Origin: Octopus vulgaris
Taxonomy: Eukaryota
Direction of reading: 5' to 3'
DNA: 64,000 bases
Assembly (NCBI GenBank): GCA_951406725.2
Contig: OX597820.1
Location: 37,076,001-37,140,000 of the forward strand
Shown here: positions 22,899-35,170 of the stretch, one piece after another
Numbering within the stretch: the first letter of the stretch is position 1
Layout of the letters: each line of letters begins with the position of its first letter
The notes under the pieces: generated by a model
Database searches by the model: none
What the model saw: only the letters and a program-made list of their open reading frames with translations
Told to the model about the DNA's origin: nothing
Made by a program: the position numbers and the translations under genes

Positions 22899-24812
22899 AT
22901 GGAGGAGAGTCTGTGTAAGAATCAGGTCTATGAGAATAAGGATTTCCCTCACCCAAATGAGAAAGATGTACAGATGAAATCATATGACTGTGACATCAAA
23001 ACAAACACATCCACGGAAACCAGTGAACACAATTCACTTAATACAAATTCAAATGTTTACCATTGTAAAGATTGTGATGAAAATTTCACATATGATTCTT
23101 TGCTTTCACACAAATGTACTCACACAGATGAGAAACTATGCCAATGTGATATCTGCGGTAAAATTTTCTCTTGCGATGGCGACTTGACTGCTCACATATG
23201 TACACAGACAAGTAAGAAAACATTTAACTGTGATGTCTGTGGAAAAACATTTTACAAGAATTCTGATTTAACTCGTCACATACGCATTCACACAGGTGAA
23301 AAACCATTTCACTGTGGTGTCTGTGGTAAATCATTTTCTCGGAATTATGAATTGACTGGTCACAAATATACTCACACAGGTGAGAAACCATACTGCTGTG
23401 ATATATGTGGTAAAACATTTTCTCAGAAGTTTCAATTGAAACTTCACATACGTACACACACAGGTGAGAAACCATATCACTGTGATGTGTGTGGTAAAAC
23501 ATTTACTACGAATTCTGATTTGACTCGTCACATACGCACTCACACAGGTGAGAAACCATACCACTGTAACAATTGTGGAAAATCATTTTCTCGGAATTAT
23601 GAACTGACTGCTCACAAATGTTTTCACACAGGTGAGAGACCACATCACTGTGCTGTCTGTGGTAAAACATTTTCAAAGAATTCTGACTTAACTCGACACA
23701 TACGTATTCACACAGGTGAAAAACCTTTTCGCTGTGACATTTGTGGTAAATCATTTTCTCGAAATTATGGATTGACTGGTCACAAATGTTTTCACACAGG
23801 TGACAAATCATATCACTGTAATGTCTGTGATAAAACATTTTCAAAGAAATCTGACTTAATTCGTCACTTATGTATTCACACAGGGGAAAAACCATTTCAC
23901 TGCGATGTTTGTGGTAAAACATTTTCAAAAAATTCTGACTTAACTCGTCACATACGTATTCACACTGGGGAGAAACCATTCCACTGTGATATCTGTGGTA
24001 AATTATATTCTCGGAATTACGAATTGACTGTTCATAAATATTCTCATACAAATATGAAGCCATATCACTGTGATATATGTGGTAAAACATTTTCTCAGAA
24101 GTTTCAGTTGAAACTTCACATACGTACACACACAGGTGAGAAACCATATCACTGTGATGTCTGTGGAAAAACATTTACTACGAATTCTGATTTAACTCGT
24201 CACATACGCACTCATACGGGTGAGAAACCATTCCACTGTGACATCTGTGACAAATCGTTTTCTCAGAATTATGAGTTGACTGTTCACAAATGTTTTCACA
24301 CAGGTGAGAAACCATATCACTGTGATATATGTGGTAAAACATTTTCAAAGAATTCTGACTTAACTCGTCACATACGCATTCACACAGGTGAAAAACCATT
24401 TCACTGTGGTGTCTGTGGTAAATCTTTTTCTCGGAATTATGAATTGACTGGTCACAAATATATTCACACAGGTGAGAAACCATACTGCTGTGATATATGT
24501 GGTAAAACATTTTCTCAAAAGTATCAACTAAATCTTCACATACGTACTCACACAGGTGAAAAAGAATATCAATGTGATATTTGTGGTAAAACGTTTAGTA
24601 GAAATGGGGACTTGACTGTTCACAAATATACTCATACAGGTGAGAAACCATACCACTGTGATATCTGTGGTAAAACATTCTCACGGAATTCTCACTTAAC
24701 TCGTCATATACCTACACACAGAGGTGAGAAACAATACCACTGTGATATCTGCGATGAATCATTTTCTCGGAAAAATGCATTGACTGTTCACAAAGCTACT
24801 CACTCAAGTTAG
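22899..24812 (+). CDS. Tandem C2H2 zinc-finger protein ZNF-B, 637 aa, 21 finger units (first two atypical)
   Basis: 84-bp periodic array with TGEKP linkers; N-terminus paralogous to ZNF-C. Confidence 0.95.
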   Translation: MEESLCKNQVYENKDFPHPNEKDVQMKSYDCDIKTNTSTETSEHNSLNTNSNVYHCKDCDENFTYDSLLSHKCTHTDEKLCQCDICGKIFSCDGDLTAHICTQTSKKTFNCDVCGKTFYKNSDLTRHIRIHTGEKPFHCGVCGKSFSRNYELTGHKYTHTGEKPYCCDICGKTFSQKFQLKLHIRTHTGEKPYHCDVCGKTFTTNSDLTRHIRTHTGEKPYHCNNCGKSFSRNYELTAHKCFHTGERPHHCAVCGKTFSKNSDLTRHIRIHTGEKPFRCDICGKSFSRNYGLTGHKCFHTGDKSYHCNVCDKTFSKKSDLIRHLCIHTGEKPFHCDVCGKTFSKNSDLTRHIRIHTGEKPFHCDICGKLYSRNYELTVHKYSHTNMKPYHCDICGKTFSQKFQLKLHIRTHTGEKPYHCDVCGKTFTTNSDLTRHIRTHTGEKPFHCDICDKSFSQNYELTVHKCFHTGEKPYHCDICGKTFSKNSDLTRHIRIHTGEKPFHCGVCGKSFSRNYELTGHKYIHTGEKPYCCDICGKTFSQKYQLNLHIRTHTGEKEYQCDICGKTFSRNGDLTVHKYTHTGEKPYHCDICGKTFSRNSHLTRHIPTHRGEKQYHCDICDESFSRKNALTVHKATHSS

Positions 24813-25335
24813 AAACCTTACCACTGTGACGTTTGTGGCAAAGCATTTTCACAAAGTTCTCACTTGTCACATACATATATAGGTGACAAACCATAGCATT
24901 ATGGAACCTGTGGTAAATCTTTCTTTTGTAATGGTGAGTTGTCTACTCACAAGTTTGCTCACAGTTGAGAAACAATACTGTGTTATCTGTAGTAATGCAT
25001 TTACCAAAAAATTTCACTTAACTTGTTACGTATATACACTGGTGAAAAACCATAGCATTGTGATATTGTAATAAAACATTTTCCACAATTCATCAATTGA
25101 CTTTTTACAAATGTTCTTACATGAGTCTGAATATTTACTACAGTGGTATCTGTGGTTAAAAATTTATCAAAATACAACTTCACTATTCACAAGCATACTC
25201 AGGTGGTTGAGAGCACACTGCTGATATCTATTGTAAAAGATTTTAAGTAAATTCACATTTAGTTCATCACATACATACTAACACAGGTGAGAAACCATAC
25301 CACTGTGATATCTGTGGTAAAATATTTTCAGGAAT
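24813..25335 (+). pseudogene. Decayed zinc-finger units (about 6) downstream of the ZNF-B stop
   Basis: Frameshifted aaaccttaccactgtgacgtttgtggcaaa...ggtgagaaaccataccactgtgatatctgtggtaaa; collinear with the ZNF-C C-terminal fingers. Confidence 0.85.
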
Positions 25336-26037
25336 TTCTTAACTTTTTAGAAGCCATACTACTGATCATTATCATTTTTTGCTGCAGACTAACTGGAATG
25401 TTAGAGTCCAAGTCAGTTCTTATTCAATGTGGCTGATTGAAGATTACATTTCATCCTTACTTAATATTTTGACAAGGCTTCTACATCAGGATTCCCTTCC
25501 TAAATGTAAACCACTTGATAGAGTGTAATGGTTGCATTTTATGTTGACACAAGCACGAAGAGGACAGAGTGGTAATGGTAATGGATGGGTTGGTTTTGTG
25601 GACCCAGTGGTAGAATGCATCAGTCTACTTGCCATGCCTATAGGGGTTGGTTGGTTAATTAGAGTACACGACAAATTTTATTAGAGATCTTGAATTAGTT
25701 TTTTGCCTTTTACAATCTTCTTTTAAAAATAAACTGCTGTAACACCCATATGCACACATACATATTCTTGTATATGTGTAAAGAAAATATACATCAAAGG
25801 ACACAGGAAGAACAAAGTTTGGCAAACATGGTATTAGCTTAATGATTTAATGGAAAGTGTTATATTCCTATCAGTTTGGATCTTATTTCTACATCACTAG
25901 AAAAGAAAGAAATAGAGATGTAGAGGGGAGTGAGAAAGAGAAATATTCTGTGAAGAAAAATAAGGTGAAGAGTTAATAACCAGGTGTGAATGCTCTTCTG
26001 TTGGGAGTAGAGAGTTAAGAAGAATAGAGTGGGTGTA

Positions 26038-26330
26038 TGTCATCATCATTTAACATCCACTTTCCATGTTGGCATGGGTTGGACTGTTTCACTGAGGACT
26101 GGCAAGCCAGGAGGCTGCACCAGACCCCAATCTGATCTGGCAAGGTTTCTACAGCTGATGCTCTTCCTAATGCCAATAACTCCGAGAGTGTAGTGGGTGC
26201 TTTTACATGCCACCAGTCAGGCAGCACTGGCATCAATCACACTCAAATGGTGTTTTATGTGCCACTGGCACAGGAGCCAGTCCAACGGGACTGGCATTGG
26301 CCATGACTGATTTTACTTGACTCAGTAGGT
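26038..26330 (-). mobile_element. Family 2 SINE/RTE-tail repeat
   Basis: Reverse-complement match to 7232-7464, starting catcatcatttaacatccactttccatg. Confidence 0.8.
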
Positions 26331-29300
26331 CAGATCCAAATATCAATGGCTATCTGTGTCTATGAGGAGTTATGTGTATGTATGTTAATGTAGTGTAGGT
26401 ATGGCATTGATTAATAGGAGCTGGGTGTTTGTCATTGATGAAGCATAAGGGAAGGCAAGAACAAGATGGATGGTGTGAATGCAAATGTATAATAAAAGTA
26501 TGAAATGTCTTAACAAAGAAGGTTTAAGCATAAGTACAAAATTAGAGCAGTATACTTGGATTCTGTAATGAAAAGAAAAGTAAAAGAATTTGGTAAATGG
26601 GTTGAGTCCAGAAGATGGTAAGATGTGTCCAAGAAACCGCTATGTTTTATACAAACCAGTTACAGGAATAAGCAGTTGCAGATTTTTTTTTCTTTTTTGC
26701 ATAATTTCTAATGACATGTACATACACACAAAAAGTAATTTTACAATTCTTGGTTCATAGTTAATTTTGTAAAACAGACAGTTTTGAGACAAGGGAGACC
26801 TTATGTTTTTGGTATGTTTGGTATGCTGTGGTTACTGTAGTTGGTGTTATTAACAATATGTGAATAGATTTAACAAACCAAAAGTTTCAGTTCAAGTTTT
26901 CAAAATTTACTTTTGTATTGACAGCAAATGTATATCTTTTGCAAAACCTTCAGTCTTCTTAAGGGATACAGTAATTGGTTACATGTACAATTTCCCAGAG
27001 AGAGTAAGATGGAATTTATGCTGTCCAATAAGTAGGGATTTGTTGAAAATATTCTAGATATTTTCTGGGCAGATAATTTCTTTGGTTTTAATGCCTTGAA
27101 ATAAAATGGGATATTTAGGTGAAGTTTTCCCTGATGCTGAAGTATATTTGTAAATGACAATTCCCTTGCAGTACATGGCATTGATTCTTGTGTAGTTTCT
27201 CAGGTGAGGTTTCCCAATGAGAAAACAGAAAACATGATTAAATGGACACATTACAAACCTTACTTCTTCATAAATGACCACTTGTATAACCACAAATTTG
27301 CCTTCAAATCATGAGAGTATCTCCCTCATAAATAAATTTTTTAAAAAACCTCCAGAAGTTTAATGTAGACTTCATTTCTCTGATTTAAACTAAGATTTTG
27401 GCACTAAACCAACCCTTTGCTTTATCCTTTGAACAACTATACAAGACCTTTCAAATAAAACCAGCAGTGTACCACACAACAGTCTCCCATATAGCAATGA
27501 TACCAAAACAAAATTACTAAAATAAACAGCATAGTTTATGAGTTTCTTCACAGTGGTTCTCTTATGTCACTCCTTAGGACTACATATTGAATTTGTTCAC
27601 CAACATTAAATGTTCATTGATTAATCCTTCCAAAGTGGGACAGGCTAAGTAACTAAGCATTTTTTTTATTCTTTCAATTCTGATATTAGATAAGCTACTT
27701 AATTAGTTCAATAAAACTGCTATTGTCAATTGGTTCTATGATATTGCTGGCAAACTAATCTGAAAATTGAACCAGTTTAATATCCTTTCATATCAAATAC
27801 TAAAGTCTCTGGAATTTGTGAGACAGTTGAATATGATTAAGGATTTTGATATTAGAATAGTTACAGATTTAGGGTGTCTGTTGTACTGTGATAACATACT
27901 AGGACAAAAAGTAAGATAACCTGCTATGATTAATATTTCAGATTACCTATCCTGGATGTCTTCAAGGAGCATATATACTCCTCTCCCACATCATGAGTTT
28001 GTACAGGGACAATGTCCTGAGAATTACAAGTAATGAGAAAAAATAGAAAGGGGAAAACATGAAGGAGAGAGAGAGAAGGTCTATATTACTCTGTATTTTT
28101 GTGTTAAAATCACAGATACAATTGAAATTGTGTCAAAAATCTATAAATTCATGTTCTAATATAAAGTGAAATAACCTTAAATAGCTGTGGATATTACACT
28201 TTTATCTTTTACATGTTCCAGGTCAAAACCTGTGGCCATGCTGGGGCATTGCCATAACCCTCCCACTTTTTTGTTATTAAGTTTAAATGCTTCTCAATAT
28301 GAAAATAAGCATATACATGGGCAGAAGGGAATGTAGACATGATAGTTACCTAGACAGACAGACAGGTAGGTAGATAAGCTCAGCGCTATATCAAAAGTTA
28401 TGCAAATAGATTACTGAAATGAAATAAAAATCTCGGTAAATAACTCAAACTGAGCCTTGGTGGTTGTTGGACAGCAAACTAGTTTGTTTACCATTTAAAA
28501 AAAAATTCTGTCCGTACATGCGCATTAATGCTTTTAATTATCTGTTCAATTGAAACATTTGTTTATTAAATATGGACAATGTTAGAAGACATTAGCTAAA
28601 AAGAGAAAGAACAAGGAGGATTACTTTTCAAATATAAGCATGCAATACATGTAGGATGTGTCAGCCTCCACAATAATTTCATTGGAGCCACTTCAATAAC
28701 AAATGCACTTCCTAGTACCTCACATAAAGCTGGTTCCAAATGACTCCAACCTTACTTTCATTTTGGAATGAGTTTAGTTCCCTGTAAGGCTCTCCTGCTC
28801 TGTGACAATAAATAAGGCACAGAGATACTTAGAAAAATTGGAATATTGTTGCTACCTCCTATGGAAATTGTCTGATATTACAGTAAGACGAGTTGAGACC
28901 AACAGACGAGGCAAACTGGAAGGTAAAACTCTTACAAAAGCATCTGTATAAAGAAATGCTGCAAGAGTAGAATTTATATGTGTGCCATTCATATTACATT
29001 CTGTTCATACAGTTTCTCAAATATTTTCTGTGATCACATGCAATGTATATTTTATACACATTTAAATTAGTTCATTGTTTTGGATTTCTGTTTATATATG
29101 TATGTCACATACAGTTTGTATAGTCCCATTTGTAATTCAGTAAGTTTCTGTTTTTTCCTATGAAAATACAGTTTGTATTTATTTATTTATTTACTTTGTA
29201 AATATGTAATAAAGATTGTAATTAATAAACATTTAATATATATGAATAAGTTTTATCTTTTTAATAAATCTTTTATTTCCTCAAACTATAAAGCATATCA

Positions 29301-29489
29301 TATCTGTCAAATGTATTACAAGGAGGTAAATAGCAATACAATCGAAATTCATTTCAGTTATGTCTAAAATCACTTTTGATTAAATAACAGGATATCAAAA
29401 GAATTTTTAAAATTCGTTGCTTGTGTTTAATATACTAAAATAATGGTTTCAAATGTGCTGACTTACACTGTGGAATTTCCGCAGGTTCT

Positions 29490-30110
29490 GCTAGCCACTA
29501 TCAATTTAAATAGTCAATTATTTAGGCATTCTATGGCCTGAAAGTCAGGTAAGATTTACCTCCACAAGAAGCTTAAGTAAAAGGTCCTATGCATGCACAG
29601 TATTTCCTTCATCCTTAGCAGTTGGCATTGCTGAAAGACTCTCTAATTTCACCTCAAAAAATTCAATCTCCCTTTCAGTTTAGATGTCGATGAATATAGT
29701 TGCAAACTATCCCAAATTAAATACCATTTCTTGAGGACCCATAAATATCACCAGCATCTATAATATCATGGTTAGTTACTCTTGTTTAAACAACTACTCT
29801 TTAAACTGCATGCTATAATGCAAATAGCGTATATATATGGAGCCTCAACTCTTGACACCTAATTCAACTGCTGAAATCATTCTCATTGTTCAGCAAGGGT
29901 TCTATCTTTCTGAAACAGTGGTTTGTAGGGTGAACCTCACTTTTCCTGATTGTCTTTTGCAGAAAAATTTGCATGGCATATACACTCTACTGGGGTCTTT
30001 CACCTACCCTTTTCTAACTCTTAATCTTGTTTTCTATGAGTTTTACTCCAAAATATTAAATTTCCGTTTTTTCTCATTACAGTTGTACGTTACTGCCTTT
30101 ATACACTCTA
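29490..30110. repeat. Paralogue of block 13465-14230
   Basis: Collinear similarity as described for 13465-14230. Confidence 0.75.
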
Positions 30111-31194
30111 TTACATGTTTTAAGTGTGTGTTTTGTTGCTTGTTTACCTTTCAGTGCCTATAATTATGTGTGCATGTATATATGAAGTCATAGTCAGGTT
30201 AGGTGTGGGGTCATGTGCTGTTGTTGCGTTCACCATTTGTCAGTATATTCCCAGGTCCTCCTGAGTGATCTGTTAAGCAGAGTCCCAGTTAGTCCCCAAC
30301 TCTGTAAGATACTTCCTCATCTACTGTGACCATATGGCATGTGATAAACTAACATGTACTGTCAGACCATCAGTGAACAGAACGCTAACTCTGAAAATCA
30401 AGCATCATGATCAAACTATCTGAGCTGGCACTCACAAATCATACAGCAGAATGCATTCCAGTTTCTGATTATAGTCATTGGTTAGATATGAAATTTGACT
30501 GATGGTAACCAATAATCCTGTGAAGTGTCCTTGTACCAAAGGAATTCTGATGTATCTAAAGGCTGCAGACAAAGTTCAAGTCTCACAATTATAGAGCAAG
30601 ATGGGGAGGATGAGAAACCTAAAGATCTGAACCTTTTCCTCAGCAGCACCAAATACACTCATCCAATGAGTCAACAAGTGCACCAGCTCATGCAAGTCTT
30701 TTTAGAACTTCAGACTCACAGTTAATGCTGCTATGAATCTCATTGCTGAGATAAATGAAGCAATCAACAATACTTAGTTTGAAAGAAAATGAGACAAGTT
30801 AATGTTTGGTACTATTGGTGTGAGTAAATTAAAACCAGTTGCAAGGGAGGTATTCTATGCTGGCTCTCTGTTGGGTTGTTGACTGCATGTAAATGATAAA
30901 CAACACTCATAAACAATTAATGGAAGTTTTATTTACTGCACATAGTGTTTTCCACATTGGTCTTTGGATAAAAAAATTAAAAAATTATACACACAGGGAG
31001 AGACAAACTCTGGTGGTTAAAACAAAATAGCTGGTATGTATAAGTTTATGATCAAGCCATCACAGCTGGATAAATACAGGGTTAAATTCCTGATGGCATA
31101 TCTGTACCTCGAACCTGCTTGACTGGAGTATAGAAACATGAGTATGAAGTTGTTAAAACAACTTTGGTTTTCTGTATCTGCAAATGACTGGAGA

Positions 31195-31450
31195 AGGAAT
31201 TGAGAATGGAGTTGTCACCAACGAATTCCCTCAAGCAGCATCTTTCCAACCATTTGTCCTCCTTCAGAGTTCTGGAAAGGAGATGCATAGCATCACTGGC
31301 CAGTCACGTCTGGCAACTAAGAGATGACAGGATACCATTCTTGTTCTCATGGAAAATCTTTGAAAACCCTGGCTCCTACATTAAACGGGATGAAATGTTG
31401 CAAGTTATGCATTGCTGAACACATGAGAATCCTAAAAGACTCGTTCATAC
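31195..31450 (+). mobile_element. Penelope-like element, GIY-YIG endonuclease C-terminal fragment
   Basis: LKQHLSNHLSSF...SLASHVWQLRD...SWKIF and, after a frameshift, CCKLCIAEH. Confidence 0.75.
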
Positions 31451-31849
31451 CAGGCTTGCAGTTTAGAAGATTCTTGCTAGCGTTTTGGAATCTGCAAGGT
31501 GACAGCACAGCCGGAAGTTGATAGCCAAGGCTGAAGGGAGACAATCATTTACCTTCGTAATTTTTGGTGACACCCCCACCCACTATTTCTCTAAATTATA
31601 GCAAGCTTTAAGTTTTTTTCCCTAAATTCATTTTGCCACAAACATAGCAAAAAGAAGCAATGTAAGCGTTTTGTTTTTTAGTACTGATGTAAATTGTGTT
31701 TTTAAAATGGTTTATCCTTTATATTGGAAATTTATATGGTTGTCTGCATTTGAAGAGAGTTGTGTCTTTCAAATTGATGTAATGTTTTCATTGATCGATT
31801 AAATGAAGCTGCTTGAAACAGCCAATATTATTTTGTTTGGTGTGTATCA

Positions 31850-32705
31850 AAATACAATGTTGACAATATAGTTATTTCCCTTGATTGTTTCCTATTTCTC
31901 TTCACTTCCTGCTATAAATAGCTGCATATGTACGTTACAGTATCATTTTCACCTAACAAATGTTATTTAGATGATCGAATTGAATATAGATGATTCGTCA
32001 TGAACTCTGCAAGAAATAGGTTCGTTATTCTTTATTATGTGGACCTGGAAATGGAAATTAATATATGATGTAAAAGTTCTTTTGAAGTTATCATTGTTTC
32101 CTCTACCTCAGGTTCTCCTTATTTGTGTATGTATTACTTATTCTTCATTGGATTTATATGAATACGTATTATTAATATAATGTGGTAAACAGCAGTTTAC
32201 ATACACGCGTTTGTTTTGTTCTCTATAAAAGAAAGAGAAGAAAATGTATCATTTACGAAAGTAAAATATTTTTGTTTAAAGTAAAGATGATTTTGTTACT
32301 GTTACTCCAGTCCATTCCTAAATTTCCCAATTCCAAGCTAAAGCCCGAATTCCCACATTATCGCTTGACCTGCTAGAAATAACCAGATCGCATCCTCATT
32401 AAAAAAGTGAAATACATTTCATTATATAGTCGGCAAACATTCGATCGCCATATAGTCTTGGTTGGATACAGTATACCTAAAAAGGACGGCTGAAATAACT
32501 TTCATTCCTTTGATGCTAAGGATGTGCAAGCAGAAGTGACCAAGTGCTAAACAAAAGGAAATATTGGACAAAATAGTTCTCATGCGATTTTTGTATTTAA
32601 AGTATACCACTTTCAGTTTTGTAACTGAAAGTGTCACACCCCAGAGATAATGATCCAAAGCAATCGCTGAATCGACTGTAGAATAGATTCAACATTTCAT
32701 ATAAC
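31850..32705 (+). promoter_or_regulatory. Putative ZNF-C promoter/non-coding exon module
   Basis: Collinear with 17540-18380; CACTTCCTG 31903-31911; ctcag|gttctc at 32111; donor degenerate relative to ZNF-B. Confidence 0.55.
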
Positions 32706-33199
32706 GCTTCGAGGATTTTTCCATTTTCTTTTTACCACGCGGGTATACAAATGATGTTTTATGAAAACATTCTTTGAACATTTATGATTTTTTTTTACAC
32801 ACTCCCCCCTATCCTACCCTCACCCAATCCAAACCGATTTGGGGCAATTTCTTTTTTGCCTTATGCACTTTAAAACGATTGATGAAGCCATTTCAGAAAA
32901 TATTTTAGATAAAAACGTATACCAAATATACCATCATAACACGTGTAATAAAGAAGTAAAGGTAACTATTCTAATATTCCAAATATTCATTTTAAAAATG
33001 TATACATCCTGAGAATTTTTAATGAAATTATATAAAGTGACCTACGTGATTGTCAGGCTGATGATCTATAATATCCACACTCTGTATCTTTTCTGTAGAT
33101 ATTTACTCTCTCTTCCTTTTTGTTCTATCTTTCAATATTTATGATTTAGTATCATCTCTCTAACACAATTTGCGTTGACTTATAATAGCCTCTTATATA

Positions 33200-33222
33200 T
33201 TATGCTGTCCCTATGTTTCAGG
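33200..33222 (+). promoter_or_regulatory. Splice acceptor of the ZNF-C terminal exon (AG 33220-33221)
   Basis: tgtttcag|gatatttg, homologous to the other acceptors. Confidence 0.65.
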
Positions 33223-33725
33223 ATATTTGGTAATATTGATGTGACAATTTCCCACAGAAGACACGTCAGCAGATCAATGAATTATCTGGAAGACTAAAGA
33301 ATGACTTCATGAGGATAACATGATAGAGGTCTTCTAACTTGAAATTGACTGGAAGTGTATGTTCTGGCTTGATTATGTATGGTTGAACTCAAGAAATTTA
33401 ATAGAAAACATCACCAGCCTTTTGTGTAATGCCTAAGGTATCTGAGTATACTTTGAGAACTGAATATCATGTGTGACAGGATTGGATTTAATCTAAAAAT
33501 TATAATTAAGGCGAATGACTTTTATCTGAAAAGAGTATATGCGATATAACTATAAAAAATATTCCAAATTTTAATTTATATTATCCCTAAAAATAATCTG
33601 TATCTTCATAAATTCCTGCCCAGTAATCTAACATCTTAATCACAGTATCATTTTGCTTTATAAAACATTGAATTTTTAAAAAAAACTAAATATAAAGAAG
33701 GAATTCTATTTGTATTCTGTGAGGA

Positions 33726-35042
33726 ATGAATTACATGGAAGAGAGATTGAGTGAGAATGAGGAAATACAATATGAGGATAATGATTTTCTTCAACCAGAT
33801 AAAAAAGATATGCAGATGAAATCATATGGCTGTGACATCAGTGCAAACCCCTCCATGAAAGTTAAGGACACCAGTGAACACAATTTACTTGATACAAAAT
33901 CAAATGTTTACCACAGTAAATTTTGTGATAAAGAGTTTACTACATGTGGTTCTTTGCTATCACACAAATGTACTCACACAGATGAGAAAACATGTTTCTG
34001 TGATATCTGTGGTAAAATTTTCTCTTGTAAGGATGACTTGACTGTTCACAAATGTACACAAACAAGTAAGAAAACACTTAACTGTGATGTCTGTGGGAAA
34101 ATGTTTTATAAGAACTATGATTTAACTCGTCATGTACGTATTCACACAGGTGAAAAACCATTCCGCTGTGATATCTGTGGTAAAACATTTTGCCAGCAGT
34201 CTCAATTAAATCTTCACAGACGTACTCACACAGGTGAGAAACCATATCATTGTGATATCTGTGGTAAAACATTCTCTACAAATACTTTAACTCGTCATAT
34301 ACGTACACACACAGGTGAAAAACCATACCACTGTAATAACTGTGGCAAATCATTTTCTCGAAATTATAAATTGACTAGTCACAAATGTACTCAAACTAAT
34401 GAGAAACTACACCCCTGTGATATCTGTGGTAAAACATTCTCTCAGAATTCTGTCTTAGTTCATCACATGCGTATTCATAGAGGTGAGAAACCTTACCACT
34501 GTGATATCTGTGGCAAAAAATTTTCTGGAAGTTCTCACTTAACTCGTCATGTACGTACTCACACAGGTGAGAAACCTTACCACTGTGATATCTGTGGCAA
34601 AAAATTTTCTGGAAGTTCTCACTTAACTTGTCATGTACGTACTCACACAGGTGAGAAACCATACCGCTGTGATATTTGTGGCAAAACATTCTTTTGTAAT
34701 AGTGAATTGACTATACACATATTTAGTCACACAGGTGAGAAACCACATCATTGTGTTATCTGTGGTAAAACATTTACTACAAAATTTCACTTAACTTGTC
34801 ACACACGAACTCACACAGGTGAAAAACCATACCATTGTGATATATGTGATAAATCATTTTCCACAAATTATCAGTTAACTGTTCACAAATGTTCTTACAT
34901 GAGTGCGAATGCATACTACTGTGGTATCTGTGGTAAAACATTTTACCGACATGGAGATTTCACTATTCACAAGCGTACTCACACAGGTGAAAGTATGCCA
35001 CTGATATCTGTGCTGAAACATTCCAAGGAAATTCCCACTTGA
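33726..35042 (+). CDS. Tandem C2H2 zinc-finger protein ZNF-C, 438 aa, 13 finger units (several degenerate), frameshifted tail
   Basis: C2H2/TGEKP array; units 1, 2, 6 and 12 lack a canonical ligand; unit 5 has a 1-aa deletion; tail SMPLISVLKHSKEIPT is out-of-frame finger DNA. Confidence 0.9.
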   Translation: MNYMEERLSENEEIQYEDNDFLQPDKKDMQMKSYGCDISANPSMKVKDTSEHNLLDTKSNVYHSKFCDKEFTTCGSLLSHKCTHTDEKTCFCDICGKIFSCKDDLTVHKCTQTSKKTLNCDVCGKMFYKNYDLTRHVRIHTGEKPFRCDICGKTFCQQSQLNLHRRTHTGEKPYHCDICGKTFSTNTLTRHIRTHTGEKPYHCNNCGKSFSRNYKLTSHKCTQTNEKLHPCDICGKTFSQNSVLVHHMRIHRGEKPYHCDICGKKFSGSSHLTRHVRTHTGEKPYHCDICGKKFSGSSHLTCHVRTHTGEKPYRCDICGKTFFCNSELTIHIFSHTGEKPHHCVICGKTFTTKFHLTCHTRTHTGEKPYHCDICDKSFSTNYQLTVHKCSYMSANAYYCGICGKTFYRHGDFTIHKRTHTGESMPLISVLKHSKEIPT

Positions 35043-35170
35043 TTTATAATGTATGTACTTCTACAGGTGTAAAATTATATTACTGTGATATCTGTAATAA
35101 GTAATTTTCTCAGGATTATATACTGACTATTCACAGTTGTACTCCCACAAGTTAGAACCCATATTACTGA
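35043..35170 (+). pseudogene. Decayed finger remnants downstream of ZNF-C
   Basis: acaggtgtaaaattatattactgtgatatctgtaataag...gactattcacag. Confidence 0.7.

Noticed and set aside
22899-23060. Possible KRAB/ZAD-like effector domain in the ZNF-B/C N-termini
   Set aside because: About 55-63 aa acidic leader without the diagnostic motifs; partly resembles an eroded finger
26750-27650. Possible decayed transposase on the minus strand (QHQGKLHLNI, FKAL, LSAQKI)
   Set aside because: Resemblance to Chapaev-like motifs is too weak and out of order to support by eye; needs tBLASTn
28380-29390. Possible TIR element (atatcaaaagttatg / cacttttgat)
   Set aside because: Match too short and no TSD identified
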